From Bacilli bacterium (lineage in GTDB: Bacteria; Bacillota_I; Bacilli_A; RFN20; UBA1709): DNA of 64,000 nt. A program made the position numbers and the translations under genes. The notes under the pieces are model-generated. The model saw only the letters and a program-made list of their open reading frames with translations. It was not told the DNA's origin and made no database searches. The stretch lies in assembly GCA_050949315.1 (NCBI GenBank), contig JBMNFL010000001.1, positions 64,001 to 128,000 on the forward strand, in the 5' to 3' direction. Below are positions 8,597-20,065 of the stretch, one piece after another; the first letter of the stretch is position 1, and every line of letters starts with the position of its first letter.

Positions 8597-9160
8597 ATGA
8601 AGCGAGGACTATTGATTATCCTGAGTGGTCCAAGTGGTGTTGGCAAGGGGACAATTCGCGCCCGCCTTTTCGCTGATCCTAAGCTTAATCTTGTTTATTC
8701 AGTCTCGATGACAACACGCCCTATTAGACCTGGAGAGAAAGAAGGAATTGATTATTACTTTGTTTCCAAAAATCGTTTTTTAGATGCGATTGAAAATGGT
8801 GAGCTTTTAGAACACGCGGTCTTTGTTGGTAATTATTATGGAACCCCTAAAAAATACGTGGATGATTTACGCGATAAGGGTTTAAATGTGGTCTTAGAAA
8901 TTGAAACTGAAGGTGCTAAACAGGTTATCGATAAATGCCCAGATGCCATCTCTATTTTCATTATCCCGCCATCTTTTGATGAACTAGTCAGGCGCATTCG
9001 CAGTCGGCGTACCGAAGCAGAGGAGATTATTCAAAAACGTTTAAATAAGGCCAGTTATGAAATGCAGTTGCTAGATATTTATTCTCATGTGGTTGTCAAT
9101 GATAATGTTGATAAAGCTGCTGAGAAGATTAAGGAAATTCTTAGGGGCTATTTAAAGTAA
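8597..9160 (+). CDS. gmk: Guanylate kinase
   Basis: SGPSGVGKGT, TTRPIRPGE, NYYGT. Confidence 0.96.
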   Translation: MKRGLLIILSGPSGVGKGTIRARLFADPKLNLVYSVSMTTRPIRPGEKEGIDYYFVSKNRFLDAIENGELLEHAVFVGNYYGTPKKYVDDLRDKGLNVVLEIETEGAKQVIDKCPDAISIFIIPPSFDELVRRIRSRRTEAEEIIQKRLNKASYEMQLLDIYSHVVVNDNVDKAAEKIKEILRGYLK

Positions 9161-9166
9161 AAGAAT

Positions 9167-9188
9167 AAAGCGGTTATCCGCTTTTTTT
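9167..9188 (+). terminator. Intrinsic terminator after gmk
   Basis: AAAGCGG-ttat-CCGCTTTTTTT. Confidence 0.75.
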
Positions 9189-9262
9189 AATAGTTTCTGC
9201 CTTCATTTTTCTATGTTTTTGTTAGAACTATATGTTAAAATCTAAAAAAGGAGTTGATTTAG

Positions 9263-11455
9263 ATGCGCATTGCCAAAGTTTATATTGAACATCCAATAGC
9301 TAGTCTAGATTTTCCTTTGGATTATTTTGTAAGTCCCCAAACCGAAATTACAGCAGGTGTTCGAGTGGAAGTGGAACTGCAAAATCGCTTTGTTGTCGGT
9401 TATGTGGAAGAGATTGTCAATACAGAACTCACCATTGAAGAATATCAAGAAAAGAGTGGTTTTACTATTAAACCGATAATAAAGGTTTTAGATCAAGAAG
9501 CCCTGTTAAATCCGGAGTTGCAGGCTCTGGCGCATTTTCTAGCTTCGTCAACTTTATCTCCAGTCATTTCCGCTTATCAGACGATTTTGCCGCCAGCTTT
9601 ACGTCCAACATCTGGGCCTAAAGTGGGGATCAAGAAATTAAAGACAATAAAAGTTTTAGATGACGATACTGAGGGTTTAACAGTGGGGCAGGCGAACTTA
9701 TTAAAAAGAATAAAAAGTGATGAAATCTATCTTAAAGATGTTTCTAGCAAGAGTATGCTCAAAAAATTAGAAGCCTTAGAAAAAATTGTTATCTATGATA
9801 AAGAAATATATCGTTCACCTTATGATTTTTCTGATATTAAGAAAAAGAAGGGGCCTATCTTAAACGCTGAACAGGAAAAAGCTATTAATGAAGTTTTGAA
9901 TAATGATGCCAAGGTTTATTTACTTGAAGGTGTGACCGGAAGTGGCAAAACCGAAGTTTATATTAACCTAGCCATTGCGACCTTAAAAGAAGGGAAAAAC
10001 GTCTTAATTTTGGTTCCCGAGATTTCTCTAACCCCCGCTATGGTCAAACGCTTTGCTGAACGCATAGAGGAGAAAATCGCTGTTCTTCATGGTTCTCTAA
10101 GCATGGGGGAACGCTATGATGAATATCGAAGAATTGCTTCGGGAGAAGCGAAAATTGTGATAGGGGCCCGTAGTGCGGTCTTTGCTCCGCTAGCCAAAAT
10201 TGGTTTAATCGTTGTCGATGAAGAACATAGTGAATCTTATAAACAGGACAATGTGCCTAGTTACCATGTTTTAGATGTTGTTATGGAACGACAGAGAAAT
10301 TCCAATTGCAAAGTTGTTTTAGGTAGTGCTACCCCCAGTCTGGAATCTAAAGCCCGGGCTGTTAAAGGTCTTTATCAACAGCTTTATTTAACTAAAAGGA
10401 TTAATAATCGTCCTTTACCCAAGGTGGAACTTGTGGATATGCTAAAAGAGGCCAAAAGTGGGAATATTGGTTTCTTGTCAAAGTCCTTAAAATCGGCTCT
10501 CCAGCAATGTCTTGACCGCAATGAACAAGCCATTATTTTATTGAATCGGCGAGGTTATGCTATAAGTATGTTTTGTCGAACTTGTGGCCATGTTTTTAAA
10601 TGTCCAAATTGTGGTGTGGCTTTGCATTATCACCATAGCGATAAAGTCTTAAAATGTCATTATTGTGGCTATGAAATAGGGCGACCAAGTACTTGTCCAA
10701 AATGCAAAGGGACTCACTTACAAACAGCAGGAATAGGTACCCAAAAAGTCGAAGAAATTTTAAATAAGAGATTTAATAATGCGCGTGTGATTAGAATGGA
10801 TATTGACAGCGTTAAAAATCGTGGTGGTCACCAAAAAATTTTGGAGGCTTTTGAAAGTGGAAAATATAATATTTTATTAGGAACGCAGATGATTGCTAAG
10901 GGTCTAGATTTTCCAAATGTAACACTAGTTGGGGTCTTGAATGCTGACACTGCTTTATACTGTGGAGATTTTCGCTCCAACGAGCGCACTTTCCAACTAT
11001 TGACCCAAGTGGTGGGCCGTAGTGGAAGAGGAGCGATGATTGGGCGGGCGATTATTCAAACTTACAACATCGATGCCTATGCTATTAATTTGGCAGCTAA
11101 GCAGGATTACAGTGCCTTTTTCAAACGCGAAATGCAATACCGTCATGAGTGTATGTATCCGCCATATAGTTTTCTAGTGAAAATAATGTTTATGGGAACT
11201 AATAAGGATCGTGTTTTAGCCTTCGCAGAAAGCATTAGGCGCCACATTTTAAACGAAAGTCAGGGCATGTGGTTAGAAATATTAGGCCCAGTTGAGCCCT
11301 ACATACCCAAGAGATTTAATAAATATCGTTACCGAATTATGTTAAAATATAAAGATAAGGTGGCTATGCAAGAATTATTGCAGAATTTACGTGAACTTAC
11401 CCGAAATGAGCCGATTGATGTTCATTTTGATACAAGCCCCTATAATGAGATTTAA
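9263..11455 (+). CDS. priA: Primosomal protein N' (replication restart helicase)
   Basis: GVTGSGKTE, DEEH, two Zn-finger CxxC pairs, GLDFPNVTLV. Confidence 0.96.
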   Translation: MRIAKVYIEHPIASLDFPLDYFVSPQTEITAGVRVEVELQNRFVVGYVEEIVNTELTIEEYQEKSGFTIKPIIKVLDQEALLNPELQALAHFLASSTLSPVISAYQTILPPALRPTSGPKVGIKKLKTIKVLDDDTEGLTVGQANLLKRIKSDEIYLKDVSSKSMLKKLEALEKIVIYDKEIYRSPYDFSDIKKKKGPILNAEQEKAINEVLNNDAKVYLLEGVTGSGKTEVYINLAIATLKEGKNVLILVPEISLTPAMVKRFAERIEEKIAVLHGSLSMGERYDEYRRIASGEAKIVIGARSAVFAPLAKIGLIVVDEEHSESYKQDNVPSYHVLDVVMERQRNSNCKVVLGSATPSLESKARAVKGLYQQLYLTKRINNRPLPKVELVDMLKEAKSGNIGFLSKSLKSALQQCLDRNEQAIILLNRRGYAISMFCRTCGHVFKCPNCGVALHYHHSDKVLKCHYCGYEIGRPSTCPKCKGTHLQTAGIGTQKVEEILNKRFNNARVIRMDIDSVKNRGGHQKILEAFESGKYNILLGTQMIAKGLDFPNVTLVGVLNADTALYCGDFRSNERTFQLLTQVVGRSGRGAMIGRAIIQTYNIDAYAINLAAKQDYSAFFKREMQYRHECMYPPYSFLVKIMFMGTNKDRVLAFAESIRRHILNESQGMWLEILGPVEPYIPKRFNKYRYRIMLKYKDKVAMQELLQNLRELTRNEPIDVHFDTSPYNEI

Positions 11456-11463
11456 GGAGAACA

Positions 11464-12738
11464 ATGAAAGTTAGAGAATTAGCCTTTGAAATTATAAGCA
11501 CCTTCTATAAAAAGAAAACTTTTATCAATATTGCTTTATCCCAAGCGATTAGGAGGCATAATTTAACGGCAGTTGACCGCGCTTTTTTAACGCGCTTAGT
11601 TTATGGAACTTTACAAAATCATCGTTTACTAGATTATGAAATAAAAAAGGTCACTACTAATAAAAAAATCCGTCCGGATATGCGCAGTTTACTAAAGTGT
11701 GCGCTTTATCAAATGCGTTTTATGGATAAAGTTCCAGCTTATGCCATAATCAATGAGAGTGTTGAGATTGCAAAAAAGAATTTTGGTTTACAAGCCACCT
11801 CCTTTTGTAATGCAGTCCTTAGACAATTACAAAAAGAAAAATTCGAACCAAAAAGAGAAGAATTTATTGATGAATTAGCCTATTTATCTTTGGTTTATTC
11901 CCATCCTGAGTGGCTGCTTAGAATGGTCGCCAAACATCACGGACAAGATTCGGCTATCTGTTGGTTAAAAAACAATCATAAAGAGGCACCGCTTACTGTT
12001 CGTGTTAATACTTTAAAGGCCAAAAAGGAAGAGTTATTAAAACTTGGCTTTTTTAGAGAAAATTTAGCCAGCTCTGAAGCATTAGACTATATAGATAAGG
12101 GGAATCCTGCTGATTTACCAGAGTTCTTAGCTGGTAAATTCGTAATTCAAGATCTTTCTAGTCAACTGGTGGCGAGTTTGTTGAATCCTAAAGTTGGCGA
12201 TACGGTTTTAGATATGTGTGCCGCCCCGGGTTCTAAGACTTATCATTTAGCCGCCTTGATGAAAAATCAAGGAAAAATAGTGGCGCTTGATATCCATGAA
12301 CATCGTTTAAAGTTACTGGTGGGTAATTTACCAAGATTGGGTATCTCTATTGTGGAAACAAAACAATGTGATGCGACCAAACTCGATCAATTCTTCCCAG
12401 CCGAAAGTTTCGATGCCGTTTTACTAGATGCTCCTTGTTCGGGTCTAGGGGTTATTCGCCGCAAGCCTGATATTTTAATTAATTTGAAACAAGAGGCTTT
12501 GGACTCTTTAATTGATACTCAACGTCTTTTGATTGATCAAGCGGTTAAAGTAGTTAAAAAAGGCGGGACTTTAGTTTATTCCACCTGCACAATTAATAAA
12601 AAAGAAAACGAAGGACAGATAGAATATCTTTTAAAGCGCTATCCAAATTTTAAGTTGGAGAGTCAAACGCTTATTTTAGATAATGAAAACTTAAACGATG
12701 ATTTCTTTATGGCAAAATTGAGAAGGAGTGATGGTTAA
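11464..12738 (+). CDS. rsmB: 16S rRNA m5C967 methyltransferase
   Basis: NusB-like N-terminus, DMCAAPGSKT, DAPCSGLG, YSTCT. Confidence 0.94.
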   Translation: MKVRELAFEIISTFYKKKTFINIALSQAIRRHNLTAVDRAFLTRLVYGTLQNHRLLDYEIKKVTTNKKIRPDMRSLLKCALYQMRFMDKVPAYAIINESVEIAKKNFGLQATSFCNAVLRQLQKEKFEPKREEFIDELAYLSLVYSHPEWLLRMVAKHHGQDSAICWLKNNHKEAPLTVRVNTLKAKKEELLKLGFFRENLASSEALDYIDKGNPADLPEFLAGKFVIQDLSSQLVASLLNPKVGDTVLDMCAAPGSKTYHLAALMKNQGKIVALDIHEHRLKLLVGNLPRLGISIVETKQCDATKLDQFFPAESFDAVLLDAPCSGLGVIRRKPDILINLKQEALDSLIDTQRLLIDQAVKVVKKGGTLVYSTCTINKKENEGQIEYLLKRYPNFKLESQTLILDNENLNDDFFMAKLRRSDG

Positions 12739-12739
12739 T

Positions 12740-13768
12740 ATGCGAAATATTTACGGAATCACTCGTCAAGACCTTGAAAAAGAAATGCTGGCTTTGGGAC
12801 AGAAAACTTATCGAGCAAAACAACTATTTACCTGGCTTTATCAAAAAAACGCTCAGGATTTTGGAGAGATGAGCGATGTTGCTAAAGCCTTTAGAGTGAC
12901 GCTAAAAACTTTATATTATCTTCATAAACCTACGATATTCACCAAGCAACAGGCTAGTGATGGGACGATTAAACTATTGCTTGAAATGGAAGATGGTGCC
13001 AAAGTTGAGACTGTTTTGATGCGTTATGAATATGGAAATTCTCTTTGTGTTTCTTGTCAAGTTGGTTGTAGTATGTCCTGTACTTTTTGCGCTAGTGGGC
13101 TTTTAAAAAAGCAACGCAATTTAACGGCAGCAGAAATGTTAGGACAAGTTATGGTGATGAACGATTTGTTAAGAGAAGAGCAAACAAGTGTTAGTCATAT
13201 TGTCGTTATGGGCACGGGTGAACCTTTTGATAATTATACTGAAGTTTTAAATTTTATTCGTATTTGTAATGATCCTCATGCTTTGAATATTGGGGCTAGG
13301 CATATTACGGTTTCTACTTGCGGTATTCCCGATAAAATTCGACAGTATGCTAATGAAGGACTTCAAGTAAATTTGGCTATTTCTTTACATGCCAGTAACA
13401 ATTATCTTCGTTCTCAGATAATGCCTATTAATCGCGTTTATCCTTTGGAAGAACTAATGGAAGCGATTCGCTATTATGAAAAAACCAGTTCCCGACGGGT
13501 AACTTTTGAATATATTATGCTTAAAGATTTTAATGATAGGGTAGAGCAAGCTAAGGAATTAGCAAAACTTTTAAAAGGTTTGAATGCTTATGTGAATTTA
13601 ATACCGTATAATGAAGTTGAAGGCTTGTCCTTCTTCCGCTCACTGCGAGAAAATGTTAATCTATTTATGGACACCTTAAAAAATAGTGGTGTCAATGTGA
13701 CGGTTCGCAAAGAATTTGGTCATGATATTGATGCGGCCTGTGGGCAGCTACGAGCGAAAAGGAGTTAG
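12740..13768 (+). CDS. rlmN: 23S rRNA/tRNA m2A methyltransferase (radical SAM)
   Basis: CSMSCTFC, MGTGEP, DIDAACGQL; ATG 12740 after AGGAGTG. Confidence 0.95.
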   Translation: MRNIYGITRQDLEKEMLALGQKTYRAKQLFTWLYQKNAQDFGEMSDVAKAFRVTLKTLYYLHKPTIFTKQQASDGTIKLLLEMEDGAKVETVLMRYEYGNSLCVSCQVGCSMSCTFCASGLLKKQRNLTAAEMLGQVMVMNDLLREEQTSVSHIVVMGTGEPFDNYTEVLNFIRICNDPHALNIGARHITVSTCGIPDKIRQYANEGLQVNLAISLHASNNYLRSQIMPINRVYPLEELMEAIRYYEKTSSRRVTFEYIMLKDFNDRVEQAKELAKLLKGLNAYVNLIPYNEVEGLSFFRSLRENVNLFMDTLKNSGVNVTVRKEFGHDIDAACGQLRAKRS

Positions 13769-13771
13769 TGG

Positions 13772-14632
13772 ATGGCGAAAGGATTCATAACAAAAGTTAA
13801 TGCGGGTCAGTATACAGTTTTTGCTAAGGGCAAAAGCTATGTTTGCCGTGCGCGTGGTAAATTCAGGATTGGCGAATATAGTCCTATGGTTGGCGACATG
13901 GTAGACTTTGATCCTAAAAACGCCTATCTTCTAAAAATCCATAAGCGTAAAAACCAATTAGTTAGGCCACCACTAGCTAATGTAGAAAATATAGCAATTA
14001 TCGCTTCTGTGACTAATCCTGTCATTCCCCTATCCTTAGTTAAACGCTTTATTGTGGTTGGCGAAGTAATAGGAATTAAACCTTTGATTGTTTTTACTAA
14101 AATTGATCTAGCGAGTGATGATGATTACTTAAAAGAACAAGAACTATTAAATAGTCTTGGTTATGAATGTTATGCTTATTCTTCTAAAACACAAGAAGGC
14201 TTAGAAAAATTGAAAGAAGTTTTTTCAGCAAAGAAAACGGTTTTCGTAGGACAAAGTGGGGTAGGCAAATCAACCTTGATTAACTTTTTGATTCCCGGTA
14301 CGCGTCAGAAAACTGGAGATATTTCTAAGGCTTTAGGCCGAGGACGACATGTTACGCGTGTTGTTGAGTATTTGGCTTATGAGAATGGCTGGATTGCGGA
14401 CACTCCTGGCTTTTCAAGCCTTGATTTTGACTTAGAACCCGTTGACTTAGCCGCCTATTATCCGGGCTTTGAAAAATATTATCCTCAATGTAAATTCCGG
14501 AACTGTGTTCATGATAGCGAAAAGGATTGCGCTGTTAAAAAAGCGGTCTTAGCAGGAGAAATAAGTTCTAAATATTATGAAGAGTATTTAGCCCTTTTAA
14601 AAGAAATTCGCTTGGGAAAGGAGCGTAGTTAA
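13772..14632 (+). CDS. rsgA: Ribosome small subunit-dependent GTPase A
   Basis: TKID, GQSGVGKS, DTPGF, CKFRNCVH. Confidence 0.95.
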   Translation: MAKGFITKVNAGQYTVFAKGKSYVCRARGKFRIGEYSPMVGDMVDFDPKNAYLLKIHKRKNQLVRPPLANVENIAIIASVTNPVIPLSLVKRFIVVGEVIGIKPLIVFTKIDLASDDDYLKEQELLNSLGYECYAYSSKTQEGLEKLKEVFSAKKTVFVGQSGVGKSTLINFLIPGTRQKTGDISKALGRGRHVTRVVEYLAYENGWIADTPGFSSLDFDLEPVDLAAYYPGFEKYYPQCKFRNCVHDSEKDCAVKKAVLAGEISSKYYEEYLALLKEIRLGKERS

Positions 14633-14633
14633 A

Positions 14634-15293
14634 ATGGCAGAATTGATTGTGGCCCCGTCCTTGTTGTCGGCCGATTTTTCTAATCTTGAAAGAGAAATAG
14701 AACTAGTTAAAAAAAGCAAGGCAAAATGGATACATTTTGATGTTATGGATGGTCATTTTGTCCCCAACATTTCCTTTGGAAGTAAGGTGTTGGCAGATGT
14801 TAGCAAGTTGAGTGATTTGTTTTTAGATGTCCACTTAATGATTACGGATCCCGATAAATATGCCGAAACTTTTGTTCGCGCTGGAGCCGACCTTATTACT
14901 TTTCATTACGAGGTTTTTGATGATTATGATGTCTGTTTAGAACTGATTCAAAAAATTAAAGCCTTGGGTGCTCAGGTTGGTATTTCTGTTAAACCCAAGA
15001 CAGTAACAAATGCGGTTTTACCTCTGCTTCGTCATCTTAATTTGATTTTAGTTATGAGTGTTGAACCGGGCTTTGGTGGTCAAAAATTTCAAGAACAGGC
15101 CCTATCAAAAATCCGTGATTTAAGAAAGTATATTGATAGAAATCATCTAAAATGTTTAATTGAAGTTGATGGTGGTATTGATGAGTTTACTGGTCCTCGT
15201 TGTCGTGAGGCTGGTGTTGATGTTTTGGTGGCGGGGAGTTATCTTTTTGGGCATGCGGATCTTCCCGAGCGTGTTGAACGCCTATTTGAATAG
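14634..15293 (+). CDS. rpe: Ribulose-phosphate 3-epimerase
   Basis: HFDVMDGHFVPN, MSVEPGFGGQ, EVDGG. Confidence 0.96.
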   Translation: MAELIVAPSLLSADFSNLEREIELVKKSKAKWIHFDVMDGHFVPNISFGSKVLADVSKLSDLFLDVHLMITDPDKYAETFVRAGADLITFHYEVFDDYDVCLELIQKIKALGAQVGISVKPKTVTNAVLPLLRHLNLILVMSVEPGFGGQKFQEQALSKIRDLRKYIDRNHLKCLIEVDGGIDEFTGPRCREAGVDVLVAGSYLFGHADLPERVERLFE

Positions 15294-15317
15294 AAATGGA
15301 ACACCGTTCCATTTTTT
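15294..15317 (+). terminator. Intrinsic terminator after rpe
   Basis: AAATGGAAC-acc-GTTCCATTTTTT. Confidence 0.75.
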
Positions 15318-15359
15318 ATTGAACGTGGTATAATTACGCCATAGAAAGAGGAAGAAAAA

Positions 15360-16595
15360 ATGTATCGAATTGGCATAATTGGAGCGGGAGCCTGTGGCTT
15401 AATGTGCGCCAATTATTTATTAAAAAAAGCGAATGGTGCGCTAACAATTGACTTAATTGAGAAGGCACCTAAAGTAGGACAAAAAATCTTGGTAACAGGG
15501 AACGGACGCTGTAATTTTAGCAATGTTAATATCAATCCCTTGGCTTATAATGATCCGGCTTTTGTAAAAAAAGTGCTTGGCTCTGATTCTGTTTCAAGAC
15601 TCTTGAGTGTTTTTGAAGAACTTGGACTTCTTGCTTATAAAGATGAAGAGGGTAGAATCTATCCTGTTAGTGATAATGCCACCACGGTTTTAAGTGTTCT
15701 TATCACACCTTTAATTTCAGATAAAACAAAAAATGTTCGGTTACTAACCGAAGAAGAAATAATTGATATTAGTCGAAATAAAGACACTTATTTTGTTAAA
15801 ACGCAAGATAAATTACTAGAGTATGATGCTTTGGTTTTAGCTACAGGCAATTGTTTATTTGCTAAAGATAAGTCTTTCATGAACATTTTAAACAAACTAG
15901 ATTTAGAGTTTACCCGATTTGAGCCAGCTTTAACACCACTAGTGACACTTGATAATCTAAAAACATTATCGGGAATAAGAGTCAAAGGAAAAATTGATTT
16001 ATATCTGAATGATGAACTGTATAGTGCTAAAGGTGAAATACTTTTTAAAGCCAATGCTCTTTCAGGAATTGCCGCTTTTGAATTATCTTCTTATTTAGCT
16101 CGCGCTAAAGTTCGTGAAGAAAACATTATGAAAAGTTTAGTTAAAATAAATCTTTTGCCAGATTATTCAGATGTTTTTTCTATTCTACAAAAAAGAAGAG
16201 AAACACTTTCTAAACAAGAGAGCACATATTTTTTACAGGGTTTATTCAATAAAATGATCAACCAAAGAATTTTTAAACAAGCCCAGATAAATTTTGCTTC
16301 ACGTAGTTGTGCCGAAATAAGCGACGATGAACTGAGGTGTTTAGTTTCGGCTATTGAGGGCTTGACTTTTACCTTGGCGCCTATGACTAATATTAAACCA
16401 GTTCAAGTTTTAGCTGGGGGTCTTAAATTAGAACAAGTAAAAGCCGAAACTTTAGAATGTAAAAAGCACCCCAATTTGTATATTGGTGGTGAACTTTTAA
16501 ATATTGATGGACTTTGTGGAGGGTATAATTTGCATTTTGCCTTTATTTCGGCTTTAAAAATTGCCGAGGCAATACTTGCTAAAGTAGAGCAGTAA
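15360..16595 (+). CDS. HI0933/BaiN/YhiN-family flavoprotein
   Basis: IIGAGACG, KILVTGNGRCN, GELLNIDGLCGGYNL. Confidence 0.88.
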   Translation: MYRIGIIGAGACGLMCANYLLKKANGALTIDLIEKAPKVGQKILVTGNGRCNFSNVNINPLAYNDPAFVKKVLGSDSVSRLLSVFEELGLLAYKDEEGRIYPVSDNATTVLSVLITPLISDKTKNVRLLTEEEIIDISRNKDTYFVKTQDKLLEYDALVLATGNCLFAKDKSFMNILNKLDLEFTRFEPALTPLVTLDNLKTLSGIRVKGKIDLYLNDELYSAKGEILFKANALSGIAAFELSSYLARAKVREENIMKSLVKINLLPDYSDVFSILQKRRETLSKQESTYFLQGLFNKMINQRIFKQAQINFASRSCAEISDDELRCLVSAIEGLTFTLAPMTNIKPVQVLAGGLKLEQVKAETLECKKHPNLYIGGELLNIDGLCGGYNLHFAFISALKIAEAILAKVEQ

Positions 16596-16640
16596 CTGTT
16601 TTACTTGTTTTTTAGAAAAGATAAGTAATAAAAAAAGCGA

Positions 16641-16677
16641 CAATCTTTTTGCAAAAAGATTGCTACTGTGATAAAAT
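16641..16677 (+). promoter_or_regulatory. Promoter with a perfect 22-bp palindrome over the -35
   Basis: CAATCTTTTTGCAAAAAGATTG (16641-16662); TTGCAA-17-TAAAAT with extended TG. Confidence 0.6.
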
Positions 16678-16704
16678 ACTGAAGTCAAAGCAGGAGGTGA
16701 TTAG

Positions 16705-17763
16705 ATGAAGAAAATAATGTTCTTGATTACACTATTTTTAGTTAGTCTAAGCACCGCTTGTACTAGTGGAAATTATCCAACACTTTCGGAAGAGGAAAAG
16801 ATTATTCTTGAAGGTGAATTGGACATTAAACAGGCCCGAAATCTTCGTTATGATATTACGGAAAATGGTGAAAAAGTTGTCCTTGATGAGTTAGGAGAGA
16901 AAGTTGCCATTAAAGAGGGCGAGGCCGGTGATGATTTTGTTCTTTTTATTTATCTAGGTCATTCAGATGATGAATATCTAAGTCCTAGTGATGAGAGTTC
17001 TGTTGATTGTCCTGGCTGTCAGGCTTTTTATCAAGACGTCTTACAGCCTTATATTGAAAAGCATCAAGTTAAGATTTACAGTTGTTATTATCAATACGCT
17101 TATCAATACACCAAAGAAAGTTATAAAAAACCCCATGACAATGCGCCCAAGTTAATCGTTTTTAAGCAAGGAAAAATGGTGGCGCAGGAGAGTCGGGGAA
17201 ATAATGCCAAAGTCTTTGCTTCCGAAGAGGGCTTAGATGAGTATCTAAAGCGGTATGCCTTTTTGCCAACGATGCTTAAAATCAATGATGCTCAATTAGA
17301 TAATCTATTAGCAAGTGAGACCAACAAAATCATCTATTATGGCTGGGCACTATGTGGTGATTGCCATTATTTAGAAAAACATTACTTGCCTGTTTTTTTG
17401 AAAAAACATCCCAATCAAGCTTATTGGTATTACTTTGATACCGATTTCTATCGTTCAAAGAAAATGAGCGAACCTGAGGTTTGGGAGAATTTTGTCCAAA
17501 AGACGGGAATAAATTTAAAAGAAAATGGTGGCAAAGTTCCAACTATCGCTTATTATGAAGGAGGGGAGCTTAAAGCAGCAGCTGTTTATTTCAATGATAA
17601 ATTAGAAAAATTAGAAAGTGGTGCTTATAAAGTTGTCGCTTCTTATTACAGCGATGCCCCATTCATCAATCAAGTTTACGAAACTTATACAGCCTATCAG
17701 GAGGCCACGGCGAACTTTCATAACCAAAAGTTTGCCGAATTTATGGAAGAACATCTTTTATAG
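16705..17763 (+). CDS. Lipoprotein with two thioredoxin-like (CXXC) domains
   Basis: Signal peptide plus lipobox-like STAC; CPGC and CGDC; KVPT cis-Pro-like motif. Confidence 0.65.
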   Translation: MKKIMFLITLFLVSLSTACTSGNYPTLSEEEKIILEGELDIKQARNLRYDITENGEKVVLDELGEKVAIKEGEAGDDFVLFIYLGHSDDEYLSPSDESSVDCPGCQAFYQDVLQPYIEKHQVKIYSCYYQYAYQYTKESYKKPHDNAPKLIVFKQGKMVAQESRGNNAKVFASEEGLDEYLKRYAFLPTMLKINDAQLDNLLASETNKIIYYGWALCGDCHYLEKHYLPVFLKKHPNQAYWYYFDTDFYRSKKMSEPEVWENFVQKTGINLKENGGKVPTIAYYEGGELKAAAVYFNDKLEKLESGAYKVVASYYSDAPFINQVYETYTAYQEATANFHNQKFAEFMEEHLL

Positions 17764-17787
17764 AAAGGTATAGAAAGGGAAAAGGAT

Positions 17788-18540
17788 ATGAATTTATTAG
17801 TTATTGTAGAAATTGCCGGCTTCGGCTTTGGCATCGTCGATTTTGTCTTTATCGGTATTGTTGTGCTTTCAATAGCGATTGGACTTAAAGCTGGCTTCGT
17901 CAACATGATTTTAAAGAATTTTCGCGGTCTTATTTCTTTGGTCGTGGCTTTTTTGCTCTGTAAACCACTGGGCGCATTATTAAAAACAGCAACGGGGACC
18001 CTTGTTTACGACAGAGTTTTAAATTGGATTAATGGTATTGATCCCTTGTTTACTCAAAATTTGCCAGGTGGCGCGGCTAATGAAGCGGCCATTAAAGAGG
18101 GTTTAGACCATCTAAGTTTACCCTCATTTATTGATAACATCATTATTAACACAACTAAGGATACGACAGCGGCCACTTTGGGTGAAGCGATTTCCGATTA
18201 CCTTTCTTATTTAATTTTGATTGTTGTCTCCTTTATTATTATTTTGATTGTGGTAAGAATAGTATTATTCTTATTGCGCAGGACCTTTAGACGTTTGACC
18301 CAAAAACATTTTGTTGGTCGGCTTGATCATTTTTTAGGAGGCGTGCTCGGTGTTGTTTTAGGTGCCGCCTTCATCTGTTTAGTTACATTGGCAATTTCTT
18401 ATGTAACCGCTGCTAACTGGATTGAGGGATTAAGTAGCTTCTTTATTAATGATTTAGGATTAAATGATGCTTCTTATCAATCGGTCAGCAAAATGATTTA
18501 TAACGACAATCCCTTAATTATGTTTTTAAACATGATTTAA
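17788..18540 (+). CDS. CvpA-family membrane protein
   Basis: VDFVFIGI...GLKAGFV; LDHFLGGVLG. Confidence 0.75.
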   Translation: MNLLVIVEIAGFGFGIVDFVFIGIVVLSIAIGLKAGFVNMILKNFRGLISLVVAFLLCKPLGALLKTATGTLVYDRVLNWINGIDPLFTQNLPGGAANEAAIKEGLDHLSLPSFIDNIIINTTKDTTAATLGEAISDYLSYLILIVVSFIIILIVVRIVLFLLRRTFRRLTQKHFVGRLDHFLGGVLGVVLGAAFICLVTLAISYVTAANWIEGLSSFFINDLGLNDASYQSVSKMIYNDNPLIMFLNMI

Positions 18541-20055
<1,515 letters not shown>

Positions 20056-20065
20056 GGGGGATTTT

